Positions 39,539 to 52,780 of a stretch of DNA of 64,000 nt are shown piece by piece. Source of the DNA: Octopus vulgaris (taxonomy: Eukaryota). The stretch lies in contig OX597827.1 of the NCBI GenBank assembly GCA_951406725.2, positions 44,268,001 through 44,332,000 on the forward strand, in the 5' to 3' direction. Position 1 is the first letter of the stretch. Every line of letters starts with the position of its first letter. The notes beneath the pieces are model-generated. The model saw only the letters and a list, made by a program, of their open reading frames with translations, searched no databases and was not told where the DNA came from. The translations under genes and the position numbers were made by a program.

Positions 39539-39542
<4 letters not shown>
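39345..39542 (+). mobile_element. TA-flanked short element with HHR-like motif
   Basis: ctttCTGTCGAagtgcgtagGCTCGAAACGTAaaaag. Confidence 0.7.
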
Positions 39543-39604
<62 letters not shown>

Positions 39605-39661
39605 GAAAATCGAAATATAGCATTTGATGAAAATTTATTATCTGCAAAAATCAAACATAGA

Positions 39662-39744
39662 CCCTTAGAGTTGTTTCAATTCAGACTAATAGATTAAATA
39701 GTAATTATTAAAATCATTATATTAGGCAAAATCTCTTCAGAGGG
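39662..39744 (-). ncRNA. Hammerhead with long stem II and one stem III mismatch, in a TA-flanked insert (39600-39860)
   Basis: CCCT-CTGAAGA-GATT..CTAATA..TATTAG..AATT-GAAAC-aact-cTA-AGGG. Confidence 0.7.
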
Positions 39745-39851
39745 GTTGTAAAAAGATATACCATTAGCCTTTTAATGTGTTGCATCATAGAATCATCGAA
39801 CTAGTAATTCATTGTATGACACCATCCCTTAATGAGACTAATTTTACCTCT

Positions 39852-39913
<62 letters not shown>

Positions 39914-39920
<7 letters not shown>

Positions 39921-40630
39921 TCGCCATACTAATATGGCATTCTTAAAAATAAGAATAAAGCTGTTGCTGATTAGCTCCATGAAGCTATCGCCTCAAGCTA
40001 GCTACTTGACACACAAATTGCGTCCTTTATTAAACCTTCGAACAGGGGAGGTCAGCCGCTTCAACCTGCTAGTCCGACAGCTACAGACATGTTTCAGGGT
40101 TGTTGCCCCTTCTCAATGCAGCGTAGTCAGACCTGCAGGTGTCGCTACTGACCGTCTCCGTTCGAAGATTCTATTTACCTAGTTACGGTGGAATACATCC
40201 ACTTGTTTTCAATAATAGAAATATTAAAATTACTAAGTCTCTTTAAAAGAGATTAGTACAGCGTTTCTGGAAATTAATAGTTATCGCCATACTAATATGG
40301 CATTCTTAGAAATAAGAATAAAGCTGTCGCTGATTAGCTCCATGAAGCCATCGCCTCAAGCTAGCTACTTGACACACAAACTTCCGGAATTCCTCATGAG
40401 AAGTGTTTGAGGTCGGCCAAAAAATAAGAAAAAAAAGCCGTTAGAAAACCGATTATAGCAGCGACTCCATCTAAGACTACCTGAAGAAGGAATATTATTC
40501 CGAAATATCATATCATACTATGGATGACTAAATTACAACAGGTAAATAGCCCATTGTCTGTATTATAGTGCATTGTTGTACCATTAAAAACTTTTTATTC
40601 TTTACAAACAATACACAATGCTTCAAGCGA
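39914..40630. mobile_element. Direct-repeat element (104-bp repeats, 363-bp period) with decayed HHR, followed by a second HHR-like segment
   Basis: 39914-40017 repeated at 40277-40380; minus strand GCTGCA-TTGAGA-AGGG..CCCT-GAAACATGTC-TGTAGC (40080-40122); plus strand CTGAAGAa-GGAAT..ATTCC-GAAA at ~40481-40505. Confidence 0.75.
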
Positions 40631-40644
40631 ACTACGATACTCTG

Positions 40645-40724
<80 letters not shown>

Positions 40725-40734
40725 TTGTGACCTA

Positions 40735-41360
40735 TTTCGACTGCTAATGACAAATCCAGTGCAATTACCAAGGAGAAAAATTTCTCTTATGGTAAAAAGA
40801 AAAAGGTGTAAGAAGACCATATCTTCCAGTGCTGCCACCTGTCGGATTCCCAGACATCGATATTTCTAGCTTCTTAGCTATTATTAACTCTGGACAGACG
40901 TAATCAAGCCGTGGCTTTATAACTAAAATATAGTTAACAGCATTGACTGATTTGCGGCAGTAGACTGCCAAGGTCGTAAAAATCACAGTAATATCAGCAC
41001 CAGGCAGTGTCAAGGTATAAGCAAACTTTAGGTCAGTTAAAATATGTTTGTGACATATCTCAACTGCTAAAGGCAAATTCACTGCAGTTACCGTGAAGAA
41101 AAATTCCCCTCGCAAATCAGTCAATGTTATTGGCGGTATTTTAATTAAAACCACGGCTTGATTAGATCTGTCTGGAGTTACCTCCCTTCGGTATTCCCCA
41201 TTGATAACGACAAAAAAAGCTAGAGTCATTGATGTCTAGGAATCCGACAGATGTCAGCACTGGACAGAAATGGTATTTGTACCATAAGAGAATTTCTACC
41301 ATGAGAGAACTTTTCTCCACAGCAACTGCAATACAATCGCCTTTAGTAGTTGAAATTTCG
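40735..41360. mobile_element. ~630-bp foldback element (MITE-like)
   Basis: Nested inverted matches: ctgtcggattcc/ggaatccgacag, aatcaagccgtgg/ccacggcttgatt, attgactgatttgcg/cgcaaatcagtcaat. Confidence 0.8.
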
Positions 41361-41441
41361 CTTGTGCCCAAATACTGCTTGGCGCTGATATTACTGTAGT
41401 ACCATATTATATTATACTGTATTATGTTATATGCATAATAC

Positions 41442-41514
<73 letters not shown>

Positions 41515-41683
41515 CATCTACGTACATATGTATTTATACGGGGCTATAAATACTTACACATATATACACATATACATATCTATACATTAATATAGATGTG
41601 CGCATATGTGTACATGTATTTATGTGTAGGCAGACAGGCAGACGAACAGACATATAGACAGACAGACAGGCAGACAGAGAGAC

Positions 41684-41761
<78 letters not shown>

Positions 41762-41818
41762 GCAGACAGGCAGCAGACAGTTAGAAAAACATACAGACAG
41801 ACAGTTAGATAGTGAGAT

Positions 41819-41861
<43 letters not shown>

Positions 41862-42094
41862 CGCAAACAGACAGACAGACAATGAATAATAGATATTCAT
41901 CTATGTGAATATTATACGTATATGTGGTGGACAGACGGGAAGCGTTGAAGGCTTAAAATATTCTATGTGGATGCTTTTCAATAAATATTTAAATGGAACG
42001 TATTAATCGCTGCCATTCTTTTTTCTTGTGTCTTCGTGTTACATATTGTTGAGTCGTTGATTTTTAATTTATGTTGTTATAGTTTCGCTTGTGT

Positions 42095-42175
<81 letters not shown>

Positions 42176-42288
42176 GGTTGGCGTGGTCTAAGTTTTAAAC
42201 GGTCGAGGTGAGGCGTGGAAATGGAAAGAAGATTGCAAGTATGAGTGGGAGATGGACAAAGACAAAGAAAGTATGAATTAAAGGGGAC

Positions 42289-42337
<49 letters not shown>

Positions 42338-42582
42338 AAGTACAAATAGAAGGTAGAAAAAAAGCAACAACAATGAAATATAAAAATCGAAAAGAAAAAA
42401 ATGAATAAAAGTGATTTGTAAAGAAAGATAGAGAAACAAAGGAGCCAAGGAGATAAAATATATATAAAAAAACATGTTTTTAAAATCATAAAAAAAAAAA
42501 CAAGATAAAACTCTCGATACAAATAAATTTAAATAACGAACTAGGGTAATTATTTTCTATTTTGTAATTTTGTAAATATTTT

Positions 42583-42636
<54 letters not shown>

Positions 42637-43294
42637 GTATATTTTATATATATATATAATACATACACACATATATATACACACACAGACACAGACACAG
42701 ACACACACACACACACGTACATATATACGTATACATTCATGCATGTAGGTTTGTACGTGTGTGTTTTTTAGTTTTCCTTTGTCGTCTGCTTCTTTCAATT
42801 TATAGTCAGCCATATTTGAAATATGTTTTACAACAATATGTCGATATGTGGTTTACTGGAGTGATTAACACAGATTTCAGATTTGTCTCGCTTATTTATT
42901 TATTTATTTATTTTCGTTGTGAGTTATATTTTATTTTATTGCATTTTTTTTCTCTACTGTATCTTATTTTTTATTGTTCTATTATTTTATATTTTACTCT
43001 GTATTCTGTTAGACTCCATCGACTTCTTTTGAGAACCTCCAAGACTCTTCCTTGGCTCTTTGTTTTATTTTATGTTTCTTGTGGTTGTTTTTCTTCTTTT
43101 TTTAATTAGAGCGTGTGTAGTGGAAGAAGCATAACAATATTATTGAGTGTCAGAGCAAACGTCATGATGAGTTTTTACTCAGACACTGCACATTCATGGC
43201 ACAGTGGATAGGATATTAGACACCAGTTGATAGTTCGTACCCTGCTCTCACTTTAAAAAAAAATGGTTCTTGTATAGCATTCACGATCTAGACG

Positions 43295-43445
43295 CGGGCT
43301 TGACTGTGTAGTAAGAAATTTGTTCCCCAACCTCATAGCTTCAGGTATGGCACCTTGGACAAGCGACTTCTGTTTTATTCCTGGGCTGACTAAGTCCTCG
43401 TGAGAGGATTTAGTAAACGGAAACTGAAAGAAACCTGTCGTATAA
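43295..43445 (+). mobile_element. SINE family A 5' part, old
   Basis: ggcaccttggacaag..acggaaactgaaagaaacctgtcgtata. Confidence 0.7.
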
Positions 43446-43549
43446 GTGTGCATAAATTTATATGCTCTTTGGAGTTAACTGACTGTGAACCACCACCATC
43501 CATCCAAGTGCATTGTACACACTTGTCTTCTTCTCATGTCATCAATTTT

Positions 43550-43780
43550 TATTTCTTTATTGCCCACAAGGGGCTAAACATAGAGGGGACAAACAAGGAC
43601 AGACAAAGGAATTAAGTCGATTACATCGACCCCAGTGCGTAACTAGTACTTAATTTATCGACCCCGAAAGGATGAAAGGCAAAGTCGACCTCGGCGGAAT
43701 TTGAACTCAGAACGTAACGGCAGACGAAATACCGCAAAGCATTTCGCCCGGCGTGCTAACGTTTCTGCCAGCTCGCCGCA
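43550..43780 (-). mobile_element. SINE family C, full length
   Basis: Matches 27460-27692 and 62518-62745. Confidence 0.92.
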
Positions 43781-43984
43781 ATGTCATCAATTCTAGTCCC
43801 CGCATCAATTCTCATGGCATCAATTCTAGTCCCCGCAGTAAACACATTTTGTCCAAATCTTTCCTTCAAAAATTACCATCACTCTGAAATGAAATCGCGA
43901 CTGTGACTTATGTATTGTCGCAGAATTGTCAGTTGTTGAACATCAGTTAACCACATCGACCTTACGAGTGTCGGAGGAGATATG

Positions 43985-44352
43985 AGATGTTTTGGCACAG
44001 CCGTTTTGCCGCCGCCTATTTGGCATCGCTGATTCGACGCTGACTTATTTGACATCAGACGTTTTAAATGTTTCTCTCTCGTTCTTTTCCTCCTACTCGC
44101 TCTCTATCTCCCTCTCTGTTTATGTGTGTGTGAGCATCTAGTTACGTTTGTATGTGCGTGTGTGTGTGTGTGTGCGTGTTTTTGTGTGTGTGTGTGTAAT
44201 GTCTCTCTCTCCTCTCTCTCCCTCTCTCTCACTCATTTTATCCGAATGAGTATATTCACGCGCGCGACGCATTTGTCACCATAGAGGTTGAATGTCTAGT
44301 CAGCTATGCCAAATTGTTAGCGTCCAAACAGCTGCGCCCCATCGGCCCATTC
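43985..44352. mobile_element. Old DNA-transposon-like element with ~15-bp subterminal repeats
   Basis: Repeated (g)ttttggc-like units on the left and gccaaa/tccaaac-like units on the right. Confidence 0.35.
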
Positions 44353-44560
44353 CTTTCAACTGATAAAATTAAAAATAGAAGCTTTCAGGTGGACCAGTCT
44401 ACTGGTACCACTGGCTGTAAACAACAACAGCAGCAACATTGTAGCTCGACTGTTCAGTCTTTCCTTTAAGAATGTCTTGCTTGAAATAGAGATTTGCAGC
44501 GCCAAGTTCACTTACCTTGAGTGCACTACCAACAAAAAAACTTAAACACACACACACACA

Positions 44561-44603
<43 letters not shown>

Positions 44604-44608
<5 letters not shown>

Positions 44609-44921
44609 TGCAGCGTGGAAGGTGTTTATAAGCCATTTAAGAAACACACAAAAGCCGTTCGATTCACTTCAACATTTAAGTTTAATTTGTCGAAATATTT
44701 TCGTCGCTAAAATCCGCGACCTGTTCACTGATTTTTGTCAGTGAACAGGTCGCGGATTTTAGCGACGAAAATATTTTGACAAATTAAACTTAAATGTTGA
44801 AGTGAATCGAACGGCTTTTGTGTGTTTCTTAAATGGCTTATAAACACCTTCCACGCTGCAATTGTTTTCGTTTCAGCACACGATCTCAGATCAAATTACT
44901 TGCTATGCGAGTACATCTCCG

Positions 44922-44925
<4 letters not shown>
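44604..44925 (+). mobile_element. TA-flanked near-perfect palindrome (128-bp arms, 6-nt spacer) plus 60-bp tail
   Basis: 44604-44731 is the reverse complement of 44738-44865 with 1 mismatch. Confidence 0.92.
44734..44783 (+). ncRNA. Variant hammerhead with G3:C8 core
   Basis: TTTGTCA-GTGAACA-g-GTCGC-ggatttta-GCGAC-GAAAATATTT-TGACAAA. Confidence 0.7.
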
Positions 44926-44973
<48 letters not shown>

Positions 44974-44978
<5 letters not shown>

Positions 44979-45635
44979 TAAATATAAGGGTAGCAAAAAT
45001 TTCTAGAAAAAATTCTCCGATACCAGCGGTCCAGTGAGAAAGAAAAGATAGTCAAAGACTATATAATATACATTCAAAAATATAAGGAATGGCCATAATA
45101 GGACATTCGACTCACTAGAAAGAGCAGCCAAGCTCAAACCGCTAATAGTTGTAATTCTGAAATTGAAAGAGAAATAAAAACGTTTACCCTTTCATCTTTG
45201 GACTATGCATAGTTTCGGCAAACTTTAGTAAACAAATTAATTAAATTAAATTAAATTTATTTACAACTGGCATGCCTCGTCAGCAGAGAAGCCAAGGACG
45301 AGTATATATCCACGAGGCGATGGTAAGGAAGCCTCAAGTCTATATGCTATAAATTTTAAAAATCTACCGCAATCGCGCGGTCTTCTCAGCAGCAAATATA
45401 AACTGCTGATTTAATTTCAAAATTAGCCAAAAAATCACTAATTAATAAATATAAGGGTAGCAAAAAATTCTAGAAAAAATTCTCCGCTACCAGCTGTCCA
45501 GTGAGAAAGAAAAGACAGTCAAAGACTATATAATATACATTCAAAAATATAAGGAATAGCCATAATAAGACATTCGACTCACTAGAAAGAGCAGCCATGT
45601 ATATTATATAGTCTTTGACTATCTTTTCTTTCTCA

Positions 45636-45637
<2 letters not shown>
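44974..45637 (-). mobile_element. Retrozyme-like / non-autonomous PLE: 157-bp direct repeats, 467-bp period, 41-bp 5' inversion
   Basis: 44974-45130 repeated at 45441-45597; 45597-45637 is the reverse complement of 45033-45073; (TA)n on both sides. Confidence 0.88.
45194..45290 (-). ncRNA. Type I hammerhead ribozyme with long stem II
   Basis: tctctg-CTGACGA-GGCA..GTAAATAAATT..AATTTGTTTAC..TGCC-GAAAC-TATGCATA-GTC-caaaga. Confidence 0.85.
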
Positions 45638-45719
<82 letters not shown>

Positions 45720-46396
45720 GTATAACCTGATGATAGATGGAGAAAACACATGGTGATGGAGAATGGAGTGGCGTACTTTGAGCGCGATTGATGACAGCAT
45801 GAGGTTACCGTATGGAAACTAGAACGCTTTTAATCACAGATCTGCTTGATCGGAATAAATTTAATACTAAACAACAACACCATTACCAACAATGTCTGCA
45901 ACAGCAACAGCAACAGCAAACACGATGACATTACAAGACAGGCAAAACGTGAGAAACGCGACAATACAATTCGTTATTTGAGTTTAACGAAAGTATATTC
46001 CTGTCCTTTAGTCTAAACTAATTACGGTGCTCTAACCCCTGGAGTGACCATGTCGGTCTGCCAATCAAAGAATGTGCATGAGATTGCATGAGATCAAATC
46101 TAGGAACACTAATTAAAATTGATTTTTATTTCCTTTGTTTCTTTTGGGTTTTTTTTTTTAAGTGTAATTGATTTGTCAATGTAGTTTATGTTGCGTTGCA
46201 AAAATTTTCCTCGGACGCTAATTGCGAAATCTATGCCACCACATAATTTGTTCTGGATATCGCCTGAAAATATAAATGCGTCTGTGCGCGTGTATTTGTG
46301 TGTCTGTGTGTGTGAGTGTATAGATATGGAGATAGATATAGATATAGATATAAATATAAATATATATATGTGTGTATATATGTATATATATATGTA

Positions 46397-46457
<61 letters not shown>

Positions 46458-46557
46458 ATTTGCATATATATACTTACATACATTTAAATATAAGTATATA
46501 TATATTTATAAGTATATGCTACACGTATATGCATATGTGTATATATATATGCCTATA

Positions 46558-46679
<122 letters not shown>

Positions 46680-46964
46680 TACATTTATATTCATATAGGT
46701 TTATATATGTATATAAACATAAAATGGGTGTCTGTATGTCTGTGCATGTGTGTGTGTGTGTGCAAATGTGACAAATGATTTTTACACAATATACATACAG
46801 CTCTCAACGAAAATGTATTGCCTAATTTAGAAATGGAATCGATGGTTTATCAAAAATTTGAATGCATATGTATTTGTGTGTGTGTGTGTGTGTGTGCGCG
46901 TGCGTGCATCTGTGTGCGTCTGTGTGCGCGCGTGTGTATAAACTCTTGACAAATCAATTTTATT

Positions 46965-47003
<39 letters not shown>

Positions 47004-47216
47004 TGTGTGTGTAGGCGCGCACGCACAGGCTTTGTTATAGATAGTCTATGGGCTTATACTACAGCTCTGAATATTCTCACATATTTAAAATTATTTATCG
47101 AGTATTTTGATGATTATCTCTCTCATAATTAGATTGATTGGAATGTGCTACGTTCAGCACATGTCTATGTAATTCATACACACGTGTGTGTGTATATAAA
47201 TATATATATATATATA

Positions 47217-47264
<48 letters not shown>

Positions 47265-47330
47265 TATAGTTGTATGCATATGTATAATACACATATATGT
47301 ACAAATATATATTAAGCCTACATATATATC

Positions 47331-47396
<66 letters not shown>

Positions 47397-47506
47397 CATA
47401 TATGTATAGTCATATTTTTATACACATACGTATATATATATATACGAATGTATATGTGTACATACATACACACAAACATACATATATATATATATACAGA
47501 TACATG

Positions 47507-47544
<38 letters not shown>

Positions 47545-47591
47545 CGAATGTATATGTGTATATACATGCACACACACATATACATATATAT

Positions 47592-47632
<41 letters not shown>

Positions 47633-47663
47633 CATAAATATAAACATACAAACATATATATAA

Positions 47664-47696
<33 letters not shown>

Positions 47697-48012
47697 TGTA
47701 TGTATGCATATATGCATGTACGTACAAATGTGTATATGATTGTTTGAGATGGGAATAGAGCCACAAGGCAATGCTATTCCGGATTGTTGAGAACCGAACA
47801 GTTACATATAACAAGAGCCAAATTGCAATTCTTTGCTTGTCATAGAAATAAACGTTCTCTCTTTCGTGATGGAGAAGGGTTATAACCTGCCAAATTATGT
47901 TATTCTTAATGCGAATTAATTAATTCATACAGACTATGGCATCTTGGATAATTTTGCCGAGCCATTAAGTGTTAAATCTACGAGTTCGTGATATCAGCTG
48001 ACTAGATAGATT

Positions 48013-48101
<89 letters not shown>

Positions 48102-48119
48102 ACAGACAAACAGACAAAC

Positions 48120-48172
<53 letters not shown>

Positions 48173-48547
48173 TGCGTGTGTCTTGGATGTGTGTGTGTGT
48201 CTTTGATGTGTGTGTGCGTGTGTATATATATGTGTGTGTGTGTCCACTCGGTAACGTAATTAAATCGAAACCACCACATTTTCAGATCCTCTCCAGAGGT
48301 TATAACCGCGAAAATTGGTTTAGAAAGAGACTGAATATATTTTCTTGTTCTATGCGCAGGCGCAGCTTTGAAATTTGCATCTTAACCCGACGGGCTTCTC
48401 GCTTTTGTTCTAAAGAGCTGCGATTCTGCAAATGGTGTCTTACTTTGTCTTTCTTTTTCTTATTCTCGAACGTCAATAGGATTTGGTTGTCAATAGTAGA
48501 GCGCCAGTCCATGGTATATATTACTTGTGTGTGCGTATGTGTGTTTA

Positions 48548-49206
48548 GATATGTTTCTTTATTAGCCACACAGGGCTGCACACAGACAGAACAAATTACA
48601 AGGTAGAGCTTTTCTTTTGGGGTAAAAAAAAGGGGGTTGGTTTTCGATCAAAAGGGATCGTAAAAGGAAAGAAAGAGGACAAAAAAAGGGGAGGATTTTT
48701 AAAAATGGGGGGGGGGGGAGAAAAGGGGAGAGGAAAAAAAAAGTTGATCAATAGGGATCGTAATCACAGAAATGTCAATATGAAGTGTAAAGGGGAGGAC
48801 AGGTGAGGTTTACCCGTGGAAGGAAAAGCCTACGGAAAAGACCACGGTAACCTCGGTCAATGATGTCACATGTTATATTTCTTTTTTTTTTTTTGCAAAT
48901 AAGCAACTCTCTGTATTAATTTTTACGGTTCATAGAATCATAGTCAAGGTGGCTTCGTCATTCATACGTGCCATCCTTGCTACATTCACCCATCTTTTTT
49001 TTAAACATTCACTAGACAAAACTTGCCTCTCTACTCTCACTTTCCTCTTCAAGTGATACTTGAAGAAGTTGATGAGAGATTGACCAGAGAGGAAAGTCTT
49101 TGTCTCTAATCCTTTCAGGCGCGTCCACCAGATACATTCTTTCGCCATAGCCACAAGTATGATAAAAATAGCTCTTCCTTCCCGTTTGAAGGAAGGATGA
49201 AGGAAG

Positions 49207-49207
<1 letters not shown>
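48548..49207 (-). mobile_element. 5'-truncated Tx1/L1-like LINE (ORF2 C-terminus + 3' UTR) abutting (GATA)n
   Basis: LVAMAKECIWWTR..F......LINFFK..L..RVER......RW resembles the L1/Tx1 C-terminus; AATAAA at the 3' end. Confidence 0.7.
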
Positions 49208-49300
<93 letters not shown>

Positions 49301-49408
49301 TAGATAGGTTGACATACACATATATATACATATACATATTTATGGATATACACGTACATGCTTACATAAAGGTGTGTGTGTAAGTGTGTGTACATACATA
49401 CGTACATG

Positions 49409-49467
<59 letters not shown>

Positions 49468-49469
<2 letters not shown>

Positions 49470-50369
49470 TGTTGGGCTACGAGGCATTCAATTATTAAAT
49501 AAATGAAAAAATACACATTAAGAACAGGACTTCACCAACGAGTGACAAATACGTAAACACACAACGAGAGATAAGTACGAGACAAAATATCTCAAGCAGT
49601 CTACTGTGATGTTACTCCGTTTCGTGTTTTTAACGACAAGACAGGAAAACTTCATAAGACAGCAGAATCCAGAAATGTTTAAAATACAAAATTTGTGGAG
49701 GGTTAGGGCTCCGAACGAACAAGCGACACCAGATTAGACATACGGAAGAAAACAATGGACGAAGACTGACATTAAGGTCGGTTACGCCAAGACGAATTGT
49801 AATGGGTAACGCCTGGGAGGAATTTTGAAAGGATATAGAATAGATAGTGGAAGACAAAAAATAGCGAAAGCTGAAAGAATGCCGTCCAGCTGGCTGGCCG
49901 TCGAATCCAGAAAGGACACAGAGAGATAAGGAAAATGGCCTGTAGTAACGTGTGAGCAACAGGCAGAGGGGAAGAGGAACAAAGGAGACGATGAGGAAAA
50001 GAAACAGATGGAGTGAGGAGAAAGGAGGAGGAAAGACAGAAAGAAAGACGGGGAGAGCAAAGAAGGAGGGGAGAAAAAGAAATATAGAAGATGATAGAGG
50101 GATTGAGAGAAAGAAAGGAAAATAGGCAGGAGACAGAGTGTTGAGACGCAGAGATTATATAGAAATGTAAGAACTTACTGTTGACAAGGCTGCGTGGTGT
50201 TCAATTATTAAACAAATGAAGAAATACATATTAAGAACAAGACATCACCAACGAGTGTAAAATACGTAAACACACAATGAGAGATAAGTACGGGACAAAA
50301 TACCAAAACAAGTCGAACCCCTCCTCAGTTGTCGACTGTGATATTACTCCCTGTTTCGAACTTTAAACA

Positions 50370-50372
<3 letters not shown>
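49468..50372 (-). mobile_element. TA-flanked direct-repeat element (~175-195-bp repeats, ~709-bp period)
   Basis: 49468-49640 resembles 50177-50372. Confidence 0.8.
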
Positions 50373-50410
<38 letters not shown>

Positions 50411-50415
<5 letters not shown>

Positions 50416-50548
50416 GAAATATTAAAATTACTAAGTCTCTCTAAAGGAGATTACGGTAGCGTTACTGGAAATTAATAGTTATCGCCATACTTTTATATGG
50501 CAGTCTTGTATTTATAAGACTGCCATATAAGTATGGCGATAACTATTA

Positions 50549-50552
<4 letters not shown>
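50411..50552. mobile_element. Fragment of the 39914 family ending in a ~38-bp hairpin
   Basis: Matches 40213-40305, then aagactgccatataagtatggcgataactattaattt folds back. Confidence 0.8.
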
Positions 50553-50607
<55 letters not shown>

Positions 50608-50609
<2 letters not shown>

Positions 50610-51980
50610 CATGTCAAAGGGGAATGGAATTTAATTAAAATTAAAACATTCAATCAAAATTTACATTTCCAGTGGTCTAACGTGCAAAAAAAATTAGTCA
50701 AGAAGACTATATATTAGTCATACGATATAGTGTATATTTATACACATAGGGAATCCACTTAACATGAATTCAACACATTAGAAAGAACAGCTAGGTTCTG
50801 TAAACCACAAAAATAACGGATAAAATTCGACAGGAATAAGTTGGAAATAAAAAAACATTTACCATCTAGTACCCTGGACCAATTGGTTTCTGATCATCTT
50901 TTAGCGAGTCAAGGAGAACTCACAAGGTCTGATTTTCTTCAGCAAGGTCCAACCTAGGGTTAAACATATCCAACACGAGACAAACAAGGCTACTTGTCTC
51001 GTGTTCATACGAACTAACTTTTCAAATTTTACTGCGAAGACGCAGTCCTTCGCTGGCTACAATGAAAAACCGCCAACTTTTAAATATATATATTGTATCA
51101 AAGAACGTGGGTAAGACCAAAACAATGCGAGGCAAGTGCAAGGTAAATCACAAGAAAACAAATATGTGAATTAATGTAGACTTACCTTGTATTCAATATT
51201 TCGGGTTTATGGCCCTATTTTCAAGAAATTGGCGAATATTGCCGATGTGCGTGTGTGTGGAGTGAACATGGGCAGAAGGGTTTTGCTATAGCAACCAGCT
51301 AGCTTCCTGTAACTCCCTTCTATTATTGATTTTGGGTTTCATTTAGTGTATGAGGATAGCCTCAGAGATTCTAAGGTTGCCTTTGTTCCGCTGGGTTGCC
51401 TTGATGTGCATTTCTGTAGATGTTTCTTTACGGAAGTGTCTACCCGCATTTGTTCCTTAATGTGTACGTGCAGTTTTCTTGTCGTGCTTCCGATGTAGGA
51501 TGCGCCACATTTGCCACAGATTGACTCATATACGACATAGGTCCTCTGGCACAATTCAGGGTCATTGAGTGGGGCAGTTCGACAATGAGCACTCCTCAAA
51601 GTAGTCAGGGTTGTTGTTCTTGGACAGAGATTTTCTGAGAGAAGGGCCAGTGTGCACTATCTGTATGTCGAGTCCTTCTCTGCGAACTGCGTGTTGTATC
51701 GCTGCAGTAGTTCTATCGTCAAAGTATGGTAGCTTTAGGAAGCACGTGCCAGACTTGGGAGTGTGCTGGTTCTTCCGGGGTTTATTGATAACAATTGCAG
51801 CAACGTAACCGACAAAGCCGTTTACACCAAACAGTTCCTCTGAGATCTAACCCTGAATGGCTACCCACCATCTTTAGCTAAACAACGGCGCCTGAAGAAC
51901 ATCAAGGTCAATAAACCCCGGAAGAACCAGCATACTCCTAACGCTGGTACGTACTTCCTATAGCTACCACACTTTGACAA
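50608..51980 (-). mobile_element. Decayed 5'-truncated PLE with GIY-YIG, 3' UTR HHR and 5' inversion
   Basis: HC....N...C....VVYESICGKCGASYIGSTTRKLHVHIKE; FLKLPYF; 51718-51789 inverted at 51908-51979. Confidence 0.85.
50872..50947 (-). ncRNA. Type I hammerhead ribozyme
   Basis: CCTTG-CTGAAGA-aaATCA..GTGAGT..ACTCGC..TGATca-GAAAC-CAATTG-GTC-CAGGG. Confidence 0.8.
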
Positions 51981-52149
51981 AGCTAATTCAGCTGTTCCTT
52001 CGTTGACTGAAACAAATGATGATCAGTCTTAATCGATTCTCGAATCGTACTGGATTCTCATCAGAGACGTCTACATCGATTTGTCCAATTCCAGAGAAAC
52101 ATGAAGCTACAGAAAATTGGAGCTATATGTACATACATATACGTACATA

Positions 52150-52321
52150 GGCGCAAGAGTGGCTGTGTGCTAAGAAGCTTGCTTCCCAACCACATGGTTC
52201 CGGGTTCAGTCCCACTGCGTGACACCTTGGGCAAGTGTCTTCTACTATAGCCTCGGGTCGAGCAAAGCCTTGTGAGTGGATTTGTAGACGGAAACTGAAA
52301 GAAGCCCGCCGTATATATGTA

Positions 52322-52417
<96 letters not shown>

Positions 52418-52524
52418 CTGCTCGCTTAGCCAGCGGGGTGGCGTCATTCAAAGGCTAAAACAATGCGAACGCATTGTGACCAGCGATGTGTAACAACGTC
52501 TGATGGTCTGGTCGGTCACGTGAT

Positions 52525-52592
<68 letters not shown>

Positions 52593-52780
52593 TTGTGTGT
52601 CTGTGTTTGTCCCCCCAACATCGCTTGACAACCGATGCTGGTGTGTTTACGTCCCCTCAACTTAGTGGTTCAGCAAAAGAGACCGATAGAATAAATACTA
52701 GGCTCACAAAGAATGAGTCTTGGGGTCGATTTGCATGGCCACAGTCAAATGACTGACGCAAGTGAAAGAGTAAAAGAGTA
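52150..52780 (+). mobile_element. SINE family A with a family B 3' fragment (52416-52530) nested in its internal (TA)n
   Basis: Both segments match other copies in the window. Confidence 0.88.

Noticed and set aside
45724-45760. CTGATGA...GAAA hammerhead candidate
   Set aside because: No convincing stem II or stem I
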